Below are positions 1-9,314 of a DNA stretch of 64,000 nt, piece after piece (position 1 is the stretch's first letter; the number at the start of each line of letters is the position of its first letter). The notes beneath the pieces are model-generated. The model had not been told where the DNA came from. It did not search any database and was given only the letters and a program-made list of their open reading frames with translations. The position numbers were made by a program, and so were the translations under genes. Source of the stretch: an uncultured delta proteobacterium (GTDB lineage: Bacteria; Myxococcota_A; Polyangia; Polyangiales; Polyangiaceae); assembly GCA_963782055.1 (NCBI GenBank), contig CAWAIF010000003.1, positions 5,024,001 through 5,088,000 of the forward strand. The letters run 5' to 3'.

Positions 1-1418
1 TGTCCACCCTCGCCTTCGTTCTCGCCACCGGGTGCAACCACGCCGCTGCCGCCGCGTCACCCGGCGCCGTACCCTCCACGCCCGCGCCTTTCGCGTCGCC
101 GCCGGTGCTCGCCGGCACGCCGGACATCGCCACGCTCGTGTCGCGCGTGCGCCCGGGCGTCGTGACGATCACCACCACGAAGGCCGTCAAGCTCTCCAGC
201 GCGCCGATGCCCTTCCCCGGCGGCTTCGGCAACTTCTTCGGCGGGCACGGCTTCATGATCCCGCGGCAGGGCAACGGCGGAAACGGCGGCACCATGGAGC
301 AGCACGCCGCCGGCTCCGGCTTCATCGTCGACGCCGCGGGCCACGTCATCACCAACGCGCACGTCGTGGAGGGGGCGGATGTCGTGAAGGTCAAACTCGA
401 GGATGGACGCGAGCTCGACGCCAAGGTCGTAGGCCGCGACAAGCGGATGGACGTGGCGCTGCTGCAGCTCCAGGGCGCGAAGGGCCTTCCGGCGGTCTCG
501 CTGGGCTCGAGCAAGGAGATGCGCGTCGGCGACTACGTCGTCGCGATGGGCAACCCCTTCGGCCTGGGCGACACGGTGACGATGGGCATCATCAGCGCCA
601 AGAGCCGGGAGATCGGCGCGGGCCCCTACGACGACTTCATCCAGACCGACGCCTCCATCAACCCCGGCAACAGCGGCGGGCCGCTCTTCAACCTGCGCGG
701 TCAGGTCATCGGCATCAACACCGCGATCAACCCCAACGGCCAGGGCATCGGCTTCGCCATCCCGGTCGACGCGGTGAAGGAGATCCTGCCGCAGCTCATG
801 ACCAAGGGGCACGTCGACCGCGGCCGGCTCGGCGTGGTGGTGCAGCCGGTGGACCAGCCGATGGCGCAGGCGCTCGGCCTGAGCAAGCCGGCGGGCGCGC
901 TCGTCGCGCAGGTGCAGAAGGGCAGCCCCGGCGAGAAGGCGGGCATCCAGGCGGGCGACCTGATCCTCGCGGTGGACGGCACGCCCATCGCGCGGGAGCA
1001 GGACCTTCCGCGCATCGTGGCCCGGCACGCGCCCGGCGCGCACGTGTCGGTCAAGGTGCTGCGCGACGGCAAGACTGTGACGCTCGGCGCGACGCTCGAC
1101 GAGCTGAAGGAGACCGCGACGACCGGCGACTCGCAGGACGACGACGGCTCGACGGCGCCCGCGCCCGGCAGCCTGGGCATCGCCACGCGCGACGCCCCGG
1201 ACGGAAGCGGCGCGCTGGTCGGCGGCGTGCGGCCGGAGTCGCCGGCGGACGGGCGGCTGCGCCCGGGCGACGTCATCGTGCAGGTGAACCACCACCCGGT
1301 AACCAGCGCGAGCGATCTGGAGGCGCAGGTGAAGGCCGCCCCGAAGGACCGGCCGGTGGTGCTGGAGGTGCGCCGCGGGAGCGACACGCACTTCGTGGCG
1401 ATCCCGCACGAGCCCTGA
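1..1418 (+). CDS. HtrA/DegP (Do) family serine protease with two PDZ domains, probable lipoprotein; start lies upstream of the window
   Basis: TNAHVV, DVALL and GNSGGP triad motifs and two PDZ-like segments. The frame is open to the window edge and reads STLAFVLATGC (lipobox). Confidence 0.93.
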   Translation, partial: STLAFVLATGCNHAAAAASPGAVPSTPAPFASPPVLAGTPDIATLVSRVRPGVVTITTTKAVKLSSAPMPFPGGFGNFFGGHGFMIPRQGNGGNGGTMEQHAAGSGFIVDAAGHVITNAHVVEGADVVKVKLEDGRELDAKVVGRDKRMDVALLQLQGAKGLPAVSLGSSKEMRVGDYVVAMGNPFGLGDTVTMGIISAKSREIGAGPYDDFIQTDASINPGNSGGPLFNLRGQVIGINTAINPNGQGIGFAIPVDAVKEILPQLMTKGHVDRGRLGVVVQPVDQPMAQALGLSKPAGALVAQVQKGSPGEKAGIQAGDLILAVDGTPIAREQDLPRIVARHAPGAHVSVKVLRDGKTVTLGATLDELKETATTGDSQDDDGSTAPAPGSLGIATRDAPDGSGALVGGVRPESPADGRLRPGDVIVQVNHHPVTSASDLEAQVKAAPKDRPVVLEVRRGSDTHFVAIPHEP

Positions 1419-1431
1419 CCCCGCGCGGGGA

Positions 1432-1482
1432 CAAAAGACGAGCGCCGCGCCCTCGCGAGGAGGACGCGGCGTTCGTGTTTCG
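1432..1482. terminator. Probable bidirectional intrinsic terminator
   Basis: Hairpin acgagcgccgcg...cgcggcgttcgt flanked by AAAA and GTTT, between convergent genes. Confidence 0.6.
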
Positions 1483-1494
1483 TGCGCGCGAGCG

Positions 1495-1728
1495 TCAGGG
1501 GGTGCCGGGTGTGCCGCCGCCACCCGCGGGGCTACCCAGCATCGTGGTGGCGAGCTGGTTGATGTTGCTCGAGAGCTTGACGATGTTGTTGAGCGCGTCG
1601 ACCTGCGCCGGCTGGTCCGGCGGGCCCGGCGGCTTCTGGCCGTTGACCCGCTCGAGCGCGGCGTGGGCCAGACGCAGCGTGCCGACGATGGCCTGAAGCT
1701 CGAGGGTGATGACTTGATCGCTTGCCAT
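1495..1728 (-). CDS. Small hypothetical helical protein (77 aa)
   Basis: GGAGG SD 8 nt before ATG at 1728; non-shadow composition (MASDQVITLELQAIV...). Confidence 0.6.
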   Translation of the reverse strand: MASDQVITLELQAIVGTLRLAHAALERVNGQKPPGPPDQPAQVDALNNIVKLSSNINQLATTMLGSPAGGGGTPGTP

Positions 1729-1887
1729 TGAAGAGACCTCCATTGAGCGAGCCCCGAGGCCGCGCGCTGCCCTGCCCCGCAAGCTGCGGTGGTACTGCTG
1801 GTGGCTCGCCCGCCCCTGCGTCGACGACCCTGCGAGCCGGCCAACAGCGCCGGCCCGGCGAGCTCAGCCGATGCTAGCATCGCCGCC

Positions 1888-4347
1888 ATGGGGGACGGCA
1901 AGCCCTACGAGAAGGATGCGCGAACCCTGGGGCCGGAGGAGGTCGTGGAGACCTTCAAGGCCAAGGAGCGTCCCTCCGGTCTCGCCCCCCGGTCCAGCCG
2001 CGACGCCGCGCCTGGCCCTGACACCCGGGCACGGCTGGGCAACGCCGAGACCCTCCCGCCCCCGCGGGGCGAGCCGTCCGGCCCGCGCTACGTCCTCGTC
2101 AAGGAGCTGGGACGCGGCGGCATGGGCCGCGTCGACGAGGTCTTCGACGCCGCCCTGGGCCGCCCGGTAGCGCAGAAGACCGTCCTCGCCTCGTCGCACG
2201 CCACCCTGCTCGTCGCCGAGGCGCAGACGTGCGCGCAGCTCGAGCACCCGTCCATCGTGCCGGTCTACGATCTGGGCGCCGGGCCGGAGGGGCAGCCGTA
2301 CTACACCATGCGGCAGATCCGCGGCCGCACCCTGCGGGAGGTGCTGAGAGACAACGCCGACCCGGCCAAGCAACGCAGGACGCTGGTGCAGATGCTCAAC
2401 GTCTTGCGGCAGGTGTGCCTCGCCGTCGACTACGCCCACAGCCGCGGCGTGGTGCACCGCGACCTCAAGCCGGAGAACGTCATCGTCGGCGAGTTCGGCG
2501 AGGTGTACGTGCTCGACTGGGGCATCGCCCACCTGATGGAGGGGAGCGACGTGAAGCGTCCGGAGCTCGCCGAGTACGTGGCGGGGAGCCCGGGCTACAT
2601 GGCGCCGGAGCAGGAGGCGGGCGGGCCCATCGACAGCCGCACCGACGTCTACGCGCTGGGCGCCATCCTCTACGAGATGCTGACCGGCCGCGTGCCCTTC
2701 GAGGACCCCGGCTTCAAGGTCCCCCAGCACCCCGGGCTGGACGCGCCCCCGAGCGCGCGCAACCCCAACGTCTCCTCGTCCTTCGACAGCCTGGTCGCCT
2801 CCTGCCTGCAGCCCGACCCCGACGACCGCCTGCCCACCGCGCGCTTCGTCGCCGACGCCATCGACGTCTACCTGGACGGCGAGCGGGAGCGCACTCAGCG
2901 CGAGACCGAGGCGGAGCGCTACGCGTCGGAGGGCGAGGCCTCGCGCGATGCGTTCGTCGCCCTCCAGGACGAGAGCAAGCGCCTCGCGCGCGAGGCCGAC
3001 GCCGCGCTGGCGGAGGTCCCGCGGTGGGAGAGCGCGGGGGTGAAGACGCCGGCGTGGGAGAAGCAGGCGCGCGCGCGCGAGCTCGCCGGGGAGGCGGCCC
3101 GCGCTCTCGCCCGGGCGGAGACGGCGTTCATGCGCGCGCTCGGCCGCGTGGAGAACCACCGCCGCGCGCGAAGAGGGCTCGCCGGGGTCTCCTTCCGCCA
3201 GTTCGAGGACGCCGAGACGGCCGGCGAGGCCGAGCGCATGGCCCACTACCTGGACGTGGCGCGCGCGTACGACGACGGCGATCTGGCGCTAGAGCTCGCC
3301 GACGAGGGCGAGGTGACGGTGGTCTGCGAGGAGGAGACGGCGCGCGTCGTCCTGGCGCGCTACGAGCCACGCGGACCTCTGCTGGAGCTGGGCCGGGAGA
3401 AGGAGCTGGGGTGGACGCCGACGCTGCGGCTGCGGCTGCCATCGGGATCGTACCTGATCGTCGCCAGCGCCCCGGGCGGCCGGCAGGTGAGATACCCACT
3501 CCTGTTGCGGCGCGCGCGACGCCACACGGTCCGCCTCCGGATGCCGCGGCCCGACGAGCTGCCGGAGGGGATGGTGCTGATCCCGGGCGGTCCCACGGCA
3601 GGAGCCCTGCAAGACGAGCGGCTCCGCGACTTCGCGATCGGACGCTTCCCCGTGACCTTTGCCCAGTACGCCGCGTTTCTCGACACGCTCCCGGACGCCG
3701 CGCGTGCTGCACGCATGCCGCCCGTGGAGAGCGCGAGCATCCTTCGAGGGCCGGACGGGGCGTGGCACGTGACCGAGTACTGCGTGGAAGGCGAAGGCCG
3801 GAAGCGCATCGCAGGCCGGGAGCTGGACGTGCCGGCGGACACCGTCTCCTGGTACGACGCCCAGGCGTACGTGCAGTGGCTCGCCGCCAAGACGGGCTTG
3901 CCGTACCGGCTCCCCACCGACGCGGAGTGGGAGAAGGCGATGCGCGGCGCCGACGCCCGCCCCTTCCCGATGGGCACGCGCATGGACCCGAGCTTTGCCA
4001 AGCTGCGCGAGTCGCGCCCGGAGGCCTCGCAGCCGGAGCCGGTGGGCGCCTTCCCGCTCGACGAGTCGCCCTACGGCGTGCGCGACATGGCCGGCGGCGT
4101 GGGCGACTGGACCTCGACGATGACCGACGGAGCGCGTCCACCGCGCCGCGAGGAGGAAGGCACGGCGGCGGACAACCGCGAGGCGGTGTGGCGCGGCGGA
4201 AGCTGGAGCTCCACTCGTCCCGGCACCGAGATGCGCTACACGCAGATGCTCCATCACCGCGTCGGCTGGGTCGGCTTCCGACTCGCGCTCTCCCTCCGCC
4301 AGCACGGCAGCTCTGACCTCGTCGTCGAGCCCATGAAGCGTGGCTAG
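1888..4347 (+). CDS. Hanks-type Ser/Thr kinase fused to a C-terminal FGE-sulfatase (SUMF1-like) domain
   Basis: Kinase motifs GRGGMG, HRDLKPEN, DWG, GSPGYMAPE; FGE motifs PVT..QY, RLPTDAEWEKA, SPYGVRDMAG, RGGSW, GFR. Confidence 0.9.
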   Translation: MGDGKPYEKDARTLGPEEVVETFKAKERPSGLAPRSSRDAAPGPDTRARLGNAETLPPPRGEPSGPRYVLVKELGRGGMGRVDEVFDAALGRPVAQKTVLASSHATLLVAEAQTCAQLEHPSIVPVYDLGAGPEGQPYYTMRQIRGRTLREVLRDNADPAKQRRTLVQMLNVLRQVCLAVDYAHSRGVVHRDLKPENVIVGEFGEVYVLDWGIAHLMEGSDVKRPELAEYVAGSPGYMAPEQEAGGPIDSRTDVYALGAILYEMLTGRVPFEDPGFKVPQHPGLDAPPSARNPNVSSSFDSLVASCLQPDPDDRLPTARFVADAIDVYLDGERERTQRETEAERYASEGEASRDAFVALQDESKRLAREADAALAEVPRWESAGVKTPAWEKQARARELAGEAARALARAETAFMRALGRVENHRRARRGLAGVSFRQFEDAETAGEAERMAHYLDVARAYDDGDLALELADEGEVTVVCEEETARVVLARYEPRGPLLELGREKELGWTPTLRLRLPSGSYLIVASAPGGRQVRYPLLLRRARRHTVRLRMPRPDELPEGMVLIPGGPTAGALQDERLRDFAIGRFPVTFAQYAAFLDTLPDAARAARMPPVESASILRGPDGAWHVTEYCVEGEGRKRIAGRELDVPADTVSWYDAQAYVQWLAAKTGLPYRLPTDAEWEKAMRGADARPFPMGTRMDPSFAKLRESRPEASQPEPVGAFPLDESPYGVRDMAGGVGDWTSTMTDGARPPRREEEGTAADNREAVWRGGSWSSTRPGTEMRYTQMLHHRVGWVGFRLALSLRQHGSSDLVVEPMKRG

Positions 4348-5599
4348 CCTCGCGAGCCCGGCGCGCCCGCGCCCGCGCGGCATCCTGCTCGCCCTCACCC
4401 TGCTCTACGCGGCGCAGGGCGTGCCCTACGGCTTCGCCAGCGAGTACCTGCCCGTCGTGCTGCGGCAGGCTCACTACTCCCTCGGGCAGATCGCCGCCGC
4501 CGGGTGGCTGCAGCTCCCGTGGCTGCTCAAGATCTTCTGGTCCACCGCCGCAGACCGGCGCGCCATCCGCGCGCGCAGCCGCGGGATCCTGCTCACGTTG
4601 CAGGTCTGCCTCTTCGCGTCGCTCGCCCTCTTCGCGCTCGCCCCGCTCACCGCCGCGCCGCGCATGTGGTTCGGTCTGACGTTCGTCGCCGCGCTCCTCG
4701 CCTCCACGCAGGACATCTTCGTCGACGCGCTCGCGGTGCGCTCGCTCCTGCCCTCCGAGCGCGGCTTCGGCAACACCGCGCAGGTGGCGGGTTACCGCCT
4801 GGGCATGCTCGCCGGCGGCGCGGGCCTGCTGCTCCTGGTGGCGCCCGTCGGCTACCGCGCCGCCGTGCTCTGCTGCGCGGCGCTCGTCCTGTTCGCCAGC
4901 GTGAGCGCCTTCTTCCTGCGTGACGAGGACGCCGCGGCGCCGTCCGGAGACGGGAGCGCGGGGCGCGAGCGGCTGCCCGTCCTCCGGCTGCTCCGCCACA
5001 TGTTCTCGCCGCGGGTGTGGCCGATCGCGGTGATCGCCCTCACCTACAAGCTCGGCCTGCACATGGCGGCGGTCCTCATCAAGCCCATCGTCGTCGACGC
5101 GCACTGGAGCGATCGCGAGATCGGCCTGGCGGTCGTGACGCTGGGGACGACCGCCGGCCTCACCGGCGCCGCGCTGGGCGGCCTGGTCCACCGGCTCGTG
5201 CAAGAGCGGCGCGCGATGATCCTCGGCGCGCTGGTTCAGGCGGTGGTGTGCCTGCCGCTCCTCGTCGCGCTCCACTACGGCCTGCCGAAGGCGTGGACCA
5301 CCGCCGCCATCGCCACCGAGCACTTCGTGAGCGGCCTGGGCACCACCATCCTCTTCGCCGCGCTGATGAGCGCGACGCGCCGGGAGGACGCCGGCCTGCA
5401 CTACACCCTGCTCACCAGCGCCAACGCGCTGGCCATCGGCGTCGGCGGACAGGTCGGCGGCCTGCTCGCCGATCGGCTCGGCTACACGCACACCCTGGAG
5501 ATCGCCGTCCTCGTCTGCGTGGCGCCGCTCGCCCTGCTCGGCAGGTGGGACGAGGCGGCGAGCGCCTCCGCGGACCGGCCTTCGCTCAGCCCCCGATGA
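4340..5599 (+). CDS. MFS transporter, AmpG/RhtX-like
   Basis: LYAAQGVPYG, LPWLLK..W and ASTQDI.VDA motifs; about 12 hydrophobic segments; overlaps the kinase stop. Confidence 0.85.
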   Translation: MASLASPARPRPRGILLALTLLYAAQGVPYGFASEYLPVVLRQAHYSLGQIAAAGWLQLPWLLKIFWSTAADRRAIRARSRGILLTLQVCLFASLALFALAPLTAAPRMWFGLTFVAALLASTQDIFVDALAVRSLLPSERGFGNTAQVAGYRLGMLAGGAGLLLLVAPVGYRAAVLCCAALVLFASVSAFFLRDEDAAAPSGDGSAGRERLPVLRLLRHMFSPRVWPIAVIALTYKLGLHMAAVLIKPIVVDAHWSDREIGLAVVTLGTTAGLTGAALGGLVHRLVQERRAMILGALVQAVVCLPLLVALHYGLPKAWTTAAIATEHFVSGLGTTILFAALMSATRREDAGLHYTLLTSANALAIGVGGQVGGLLADRLGYTHTLEIAVLVCVAPLALLGRWDEAASASADRPSLSPR

Positions 5600-6305
5600 C
5601 GCACGCGGCGAAGAAGGCGCGGTGCTCGTGCCGCACGGCATCGACGAGCTTCTGCGCCATCACGTCGGGGTGACGGCTCGTCGCCGACGCGACGGTCGCC
5701 TCGGGGACCTCGTGGCTGACGAGCACGAGGTGGTCGCCGGCGTGCAGCGACCACGTCGCGCGCCCCGAGGGCGACGCGGCGTCCTCGAAGGCGGCGATGA
5801 CGCGTGTCTGCACGTTGGCGACGCCGCCCGTCGGCCAGCTCTCCTCCCGCGCCTTCTGCAAGAGCGTGTGCGGCGCGGTCCGCGCGATGACCGCGCCGTG
5901 GCGCAGGAGCAGCGCCTGATGCTCGCCGATCCACTCCGCCACCGCACACGCGCCGTCCGTCGCGACGCACAGCAGGCTCGCGGCGGGGCCGCCTCCGATG
6001 TTCTCCACGTCCAGCGGGAGCGCCGCCGCCTGCGCCGGGAAGGACTCGCGCACCGCGGCGAACGCGGCGGCGAGGCGCTCCGGCAAGGCGAGGCCGCGAG
6101 CGGCGTCGGCGCGCCACGCGCGCTCCAGGATCTCCAGAACGAGGCGCGACCCGGGCGCCCAGCACACCGACAGGCCGTTCTCGTACCCGTTGGCGATCGC
6201 CACGAGGAGCGGGCCGTCCTCTTCCTCCACCACCCTCACCACGTCGTCGGCGACGAGGCGCACGATGGGGCGGACGTGGAAGCATGACGCGGCACGGGCG
6301 AGCAT
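5586..6305 (-). CDS. Degenerate PP2C/PPM-fold protein (probable pseudophosphatase)
   Basis: PP2C motif order recognisable (LVAIANG, WIGEHQALLLRHG, RTAPHT, NVQTR, GDHLVLVSHE) with the catalytic Asp positions substituted. Confidence 0.6.
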   Translation of the reverse strand: MLARAASCFHVRPIVRLVADDVVRVVEEEDGPLLVAIANGYENGLSVCWAPGSRLVLEILERAWRADAARGLALPERLAAAFAAVRESFPAQAAALPLDVENIGGGPAASLLCVATDGACAVAEWIGEHQALLLRHGAVIARTAPHTLLQKAREESWPTGGVANVQTRVIAAFEDAASPSGRATWSLHAGDHLVLVSHEVPEATVASATSRHPDVMAQKLVDAVRHEHRAFFAACVIGG

Positions 6306-6310
6306 TCCCT

Positions 6311-6350
6311 CTGATCCTAGATCAGCGGTCGCGATTCGCGAACGCGAACC
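6311..6350. repeat. Short intergenic repeat family B, copy 1
   Basis: ctgatcctagatcagcggtcgcgattcgcgaacgcgaacc, about 90% identical to 34923-34961. Confidence 0.75.
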
Positions 6351-6441
6351 AAGGGGGGCCCGCCGAACTCGGGTTTCTCCCGCTCGAGGCGCGCCAGGCG
6401 TCGCCCCTCTCGGCGGCGAGTGGTACAAAGGTCGCGGCGCG

Positions 6442-6735
6442 ATGACCTACGACGACTTCGTCCACTCGCTCGACCGCCCCTCCCCGCCCCCCGGGCTGGA
6501 CGCCGCGCTGCGCGCGCTGTGGCTGGCGCGCAAGGGGGACTGGGGCGGCGCGCACGGCGTGGCGGGCGACATGCCCGGCGCGGTCGGCGCGCGCATCCAC
6601 GCCTACCTCCATCGCGTGGAGGGCGACCTCTCCAACGCCCGCTACTGGTACCGCCAGGCGGGCGTGGCGCCGGCCACCGGCACGCTGGACGAGGAGTGGG
6701 AGGCGCTCGCTCGCGACTTCGCCGGCGGCGGCTGA
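6442..6735 (+). CDS. Conserved small helical hypothetical protein
   Basis: Motif W..AH...HAYLHRVEGDLSNARYWY, recognised as a widespread uncharacterised family. Confidence 0.8.
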   Translation: MTYDDFVHSLDRPSPPPGLDAALRALWLARKGDWGGAHGVAGDMPGAVGARIHAYLHRVEGDLSNARYWYRQAGVAPATGTLDEEWEALARDFAGGG

Positions 6736-6842
6736 TCTCGACCGGCGCATCGCGCTCTAAATCGGCGTTCGTGATCCTCGAACGCCGATCTTCGCGAGCA
6801 GAGCGAGCGCCGCGTGGGGTGGGGCCCCGAGGAACCGCGTTT

Positions 6843-6925
6843 TTCGGGGCGGGGCCGCGCGTGCGCCCCGTGAGACAAGACCTAGATCGGACGAGCGCGA
6901 TTCCGAATCGCGCTCGTTCATCTAG
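6843..6925. repeat. REP/MITE-like palindromic intergenic repeat family A, copy 1
   Basis: About 92% identical to 41710-41793; two hairpins separated by tgagacaagacc. Confidence 0.85.
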
Positions 6926-8820
6926 AAGGGACGACCGCGCCCGTCTCCCTCGGCGAGCTGCAGGAGGCCGCCGCACGCGCCCGCGCCGAGATCGTGCGTC
7001 TCTCCCGGATCGGCCGCGACGTCGAAGCAGCTCCACGCGCTGTCGCCCTGGTGCGCGAGGAGCTTGCGGGTGCCGCGCATCGCGCCCCAGTTGCGGAACC
7101 CGCACGTCCACAGCGCGGTGCAGTTGGTCAGCACCACCGGAGTGTTCACCGGGGAGCCGCCGCGCAGGAGGCTGTGGCCGGGCATCGGCCGCTCGAGCGG
7201 CGCGAGCGCAGGATCGTCGTACACGCCCATGAGATCCAGGAGCGTCGGCAGCACGTCCAGGGTGGTCAGCGGGGTGTCGTGCAGGGCGGCGAGGTGCGCG
7301 CGCTCGGCGCCCGTCAGCGTGCCGGGAGGCGCGTCGATCCACGCCGGGATGCGGATCTCCTCGTCGAAGACGGTGAGGGTGTGGCCCTGCTGCCCGTGCT
7401 CGAGCAGCTGCTCGCCGTGGTCGGACACGAAGAAGGTGACGGTGCGCGCGCCCTCCGCCCGGGCGTGGAGGCCGCGCAGCAGCCGGCCGACCGCGATGTC
7501 CTGCAGGTAGACGGCGTCCTGGTAGCGATTGCGCAGCGGCGTGTCGTGGATGAAGGGAGACCGCGCGAGATCGATCTTGTAGGGCTGGTGCGTGTTGGAC
7601 AGGTGCACCACCGCGACGAAGGGCTCGGGCAGGTTGTCGAGATCGCCGAGGACGTAGTCGACCAGCTGCCCGTCGTCCGAGCCGACCTCCATCGTCGCCG
7701 CCGGGTCCAGCTCGGTCGCGTTGATCGTGCGGTCCAGCGGGAGGCCGGCGAGCCACAGCCCGGAGTTGGCGAAGAGGAGGTTCTGCGAGGTCCAGTACGC
7801 CGTGTGGAGCCCGGCCGCCTTCGCGTACTCCCAGAGGAGCGGCATGGAGTGCAGCTCGGCGCGGGTGGCGGTGGGCACGCGCCCGCCCCACATGATGCCG
7901 AGCGAGATGGCGGTGGTGGAGTCCAGCGCGCGCATCTGCGTGAACGGCAGGCGGTCCTTCGCGGCCTCGTTCGAAAAGGGGGTAAAGACGCAGTGCGGAT
8001 CGTAGGCGACGCACGTGGACTGCGCGCGCACGCTCTCGGTCACGATGAAGAGCACGTTGCGCTTCACCGGAGGGCGGGCGACGAGCGGCGGCACGGGGGT
8101 GGGGGTGCGTGGCCCGGGATGCGTCTGGTCGACGAGCTTGTCGTGGTCCCAGCGCGCGAGGGAGAGCCGTCCCATGGCCGACACGTACAGGACGTCCGGG
8201 GGCGCGTCCTGGGCGGCGCCGACCCTGCCGAAGAGGGTGAGCACGAGCATCACGGTGGAGAGGTCCAGCGCGAAGAGCGGAGCCCTGCGGCGCCGCCGCG
8301 CGACCTTGCGGCCGACAATGGGCAGCGCGAGCGCCAGGAGCACGGGAGGCAGGAGCGTCTCGCCGAAGTGGTACCGGTCGCTCCAGAGCTGCTGGCCGAC
8401 GCTGGGCAACATGCTGGTGCCCACGAGCGCCGCGCGGCCGTCGAGGTACGCCCGGTAATGGGCGAAGGCGTACGCCTGACCCCCCACCGCGATCGCCGCG
8501 CCGGTGAGCAGCAGCAGGCGCGCCCACCAGCGCATCGCGCCCGCGCGCACCATGGCGACGTAGACGAGCGCGCCCCAGAGCGTGGCGCCGCACGCGGCCC
8601 ACTCGACGTAGGAGATCGCCTGGCTCGCGTTGAAGTGGTCGATCTGGGCCCACCGCCGCGCGAGGTCGAAGAGGACGATGGCCACGCCCGGCGCCAGCAT
8701 CACGGCCCACACGGCCACCCGCCTCGCCCACCGGAGCGCGCGCCTGCGGCGGGAGGACGCCGCCGGGCCGCGGGAGCCGGCGAGCCCGGTCGCCCCGGTA
8801 CGGCGAAGCGGGGACATCAT
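6922..8820 (-). CDS. Membrane-anchored sulfatase/LtaS-like phosphotransferase
   Basis: N-terminal TM helices; NVLFIVTES, STT (Thr nucleophile position), HLSNTHQPY, SDHG; start uncertain. Confidence 0.82.
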   Translation of the reverse strand: MMSPLRRTGATGLAGSRGPAASSRRRRALRWARRVAVWAVMLAPGVAIVLFDLARRWAQIDHFNASQAISYVEWAACGATLWGALVYVAMVRAGAMRWWARLLLLTGAAIAVGGQAYAFAHYRAYLDGRAALVGTSMLPSVGQQLWSDRYHFGETLLPPVLLALALPIVGRKVARRRRRAPLFALDLSTVMLVLTLFGRVGAAQDAPPDVLYVSAMGRLSLARWDHDKLVDQTHPGPRTPTPVPPLVARPPVKRNVLFIVTESVRAQSTCVAYDPHCVFTPFSNEAAKDRLPFTQMRALDSTTAISLGIMWGGRVPTATRAELHSMPLLWEYAKAAGLHTAYWTSQNLLFANSGLWLAGLPLDRTINATELDPAATMEVGSDDGQLVDYVLGDLDNLPEPFVAVVHLSNTHQPYKIDLARSPFIHDTPLRNRYQDAVYLQDIAVGRLLRGLHARAEGARTVTFFVSDHGEQLLEHGQQGHTLTVFDEEIRIPAWIDAPPGTLTGAERAHLAALHDTPLTTLDVLPTLLDLMGVYDDPALAPLERPMPGHSLLRGGSPVNTPVVLTNCTALWTCGFRNWGAMRGTRKLLAHQGDSAWSCFDVAADPGETHDLGAGACGGLLQLAEGDGRGRPF

Positions 8821-8910
8821 CAGAAACCACCAAATTACCACGGCGCCACGCGGGAGGACGCGAAAGGTCGCGGCGATGGCGCGTGGCTGGCGCACGAGTA
8901 CGCTACGCGC

Positions 8911-9192
8911 GTGACAGGCGCTCTCCAGCACGCGGACGGCGACTCCGTCGCGCGGTGCATCCACTGCGGCGCGAAGGCCGCGGGGCCGTGCGCGTCTTGC
9001 CGTCAGCCCGTCTGCGGGGACTGCTCGACGCTGACCGAGGGCGGCGTGCGCGTGTGGGCCATATGCCTCGAGTGCGACCGCCGCAAGGGCCGGAAGCTCG
9101 GGGGCGCGTGGCTCGGCTTCCTTCTCTGGCTCGGCGCGATCCTCGTCGGGCTCGGGGTCGTCACGTGGGCCCTGGCGCGGTTCGTCGGGTGA
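8911..9192 (+). CDS. Small B-box-like zinc-finger membrane protein
   Basis: CIHC...CASC..VCGDC...CLEC followed by one TM helix. Confidence 0.65.
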   Translation: MTGALQHADGDSVARCIHCGAKAAGPCASCRQPVCGDCSTLTEGGVRVWAICLECDRRKGRKLGGAWLGFLLWLGAILVGLGVVTWALARFVG

Positions 9193-9314
9193 TCGCCTCG
9201 AGAGACGGCGCGCCGTGACGGGTGCGGGGGACGCCTTCCCTCCCGTGCTCGCTCCGGGCCGCTCCGCGCCATGGTTCTCATGAGACCCATGGCTCGGTAG
9301 TATCAGTCGGCCCC

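Noticed and set aside
4180..4300. FGE C-terminus as a diversity-generating retroelement variable region
   Set aside because: No template repeat or reverse transcriptase visible in the window
6740..6925. tRNA or known riboswitch in the structured intergenic region
   Set aside because: No cloverleaf, T-loop or recognisable aptamer consensus; better explained as repeat hairpins
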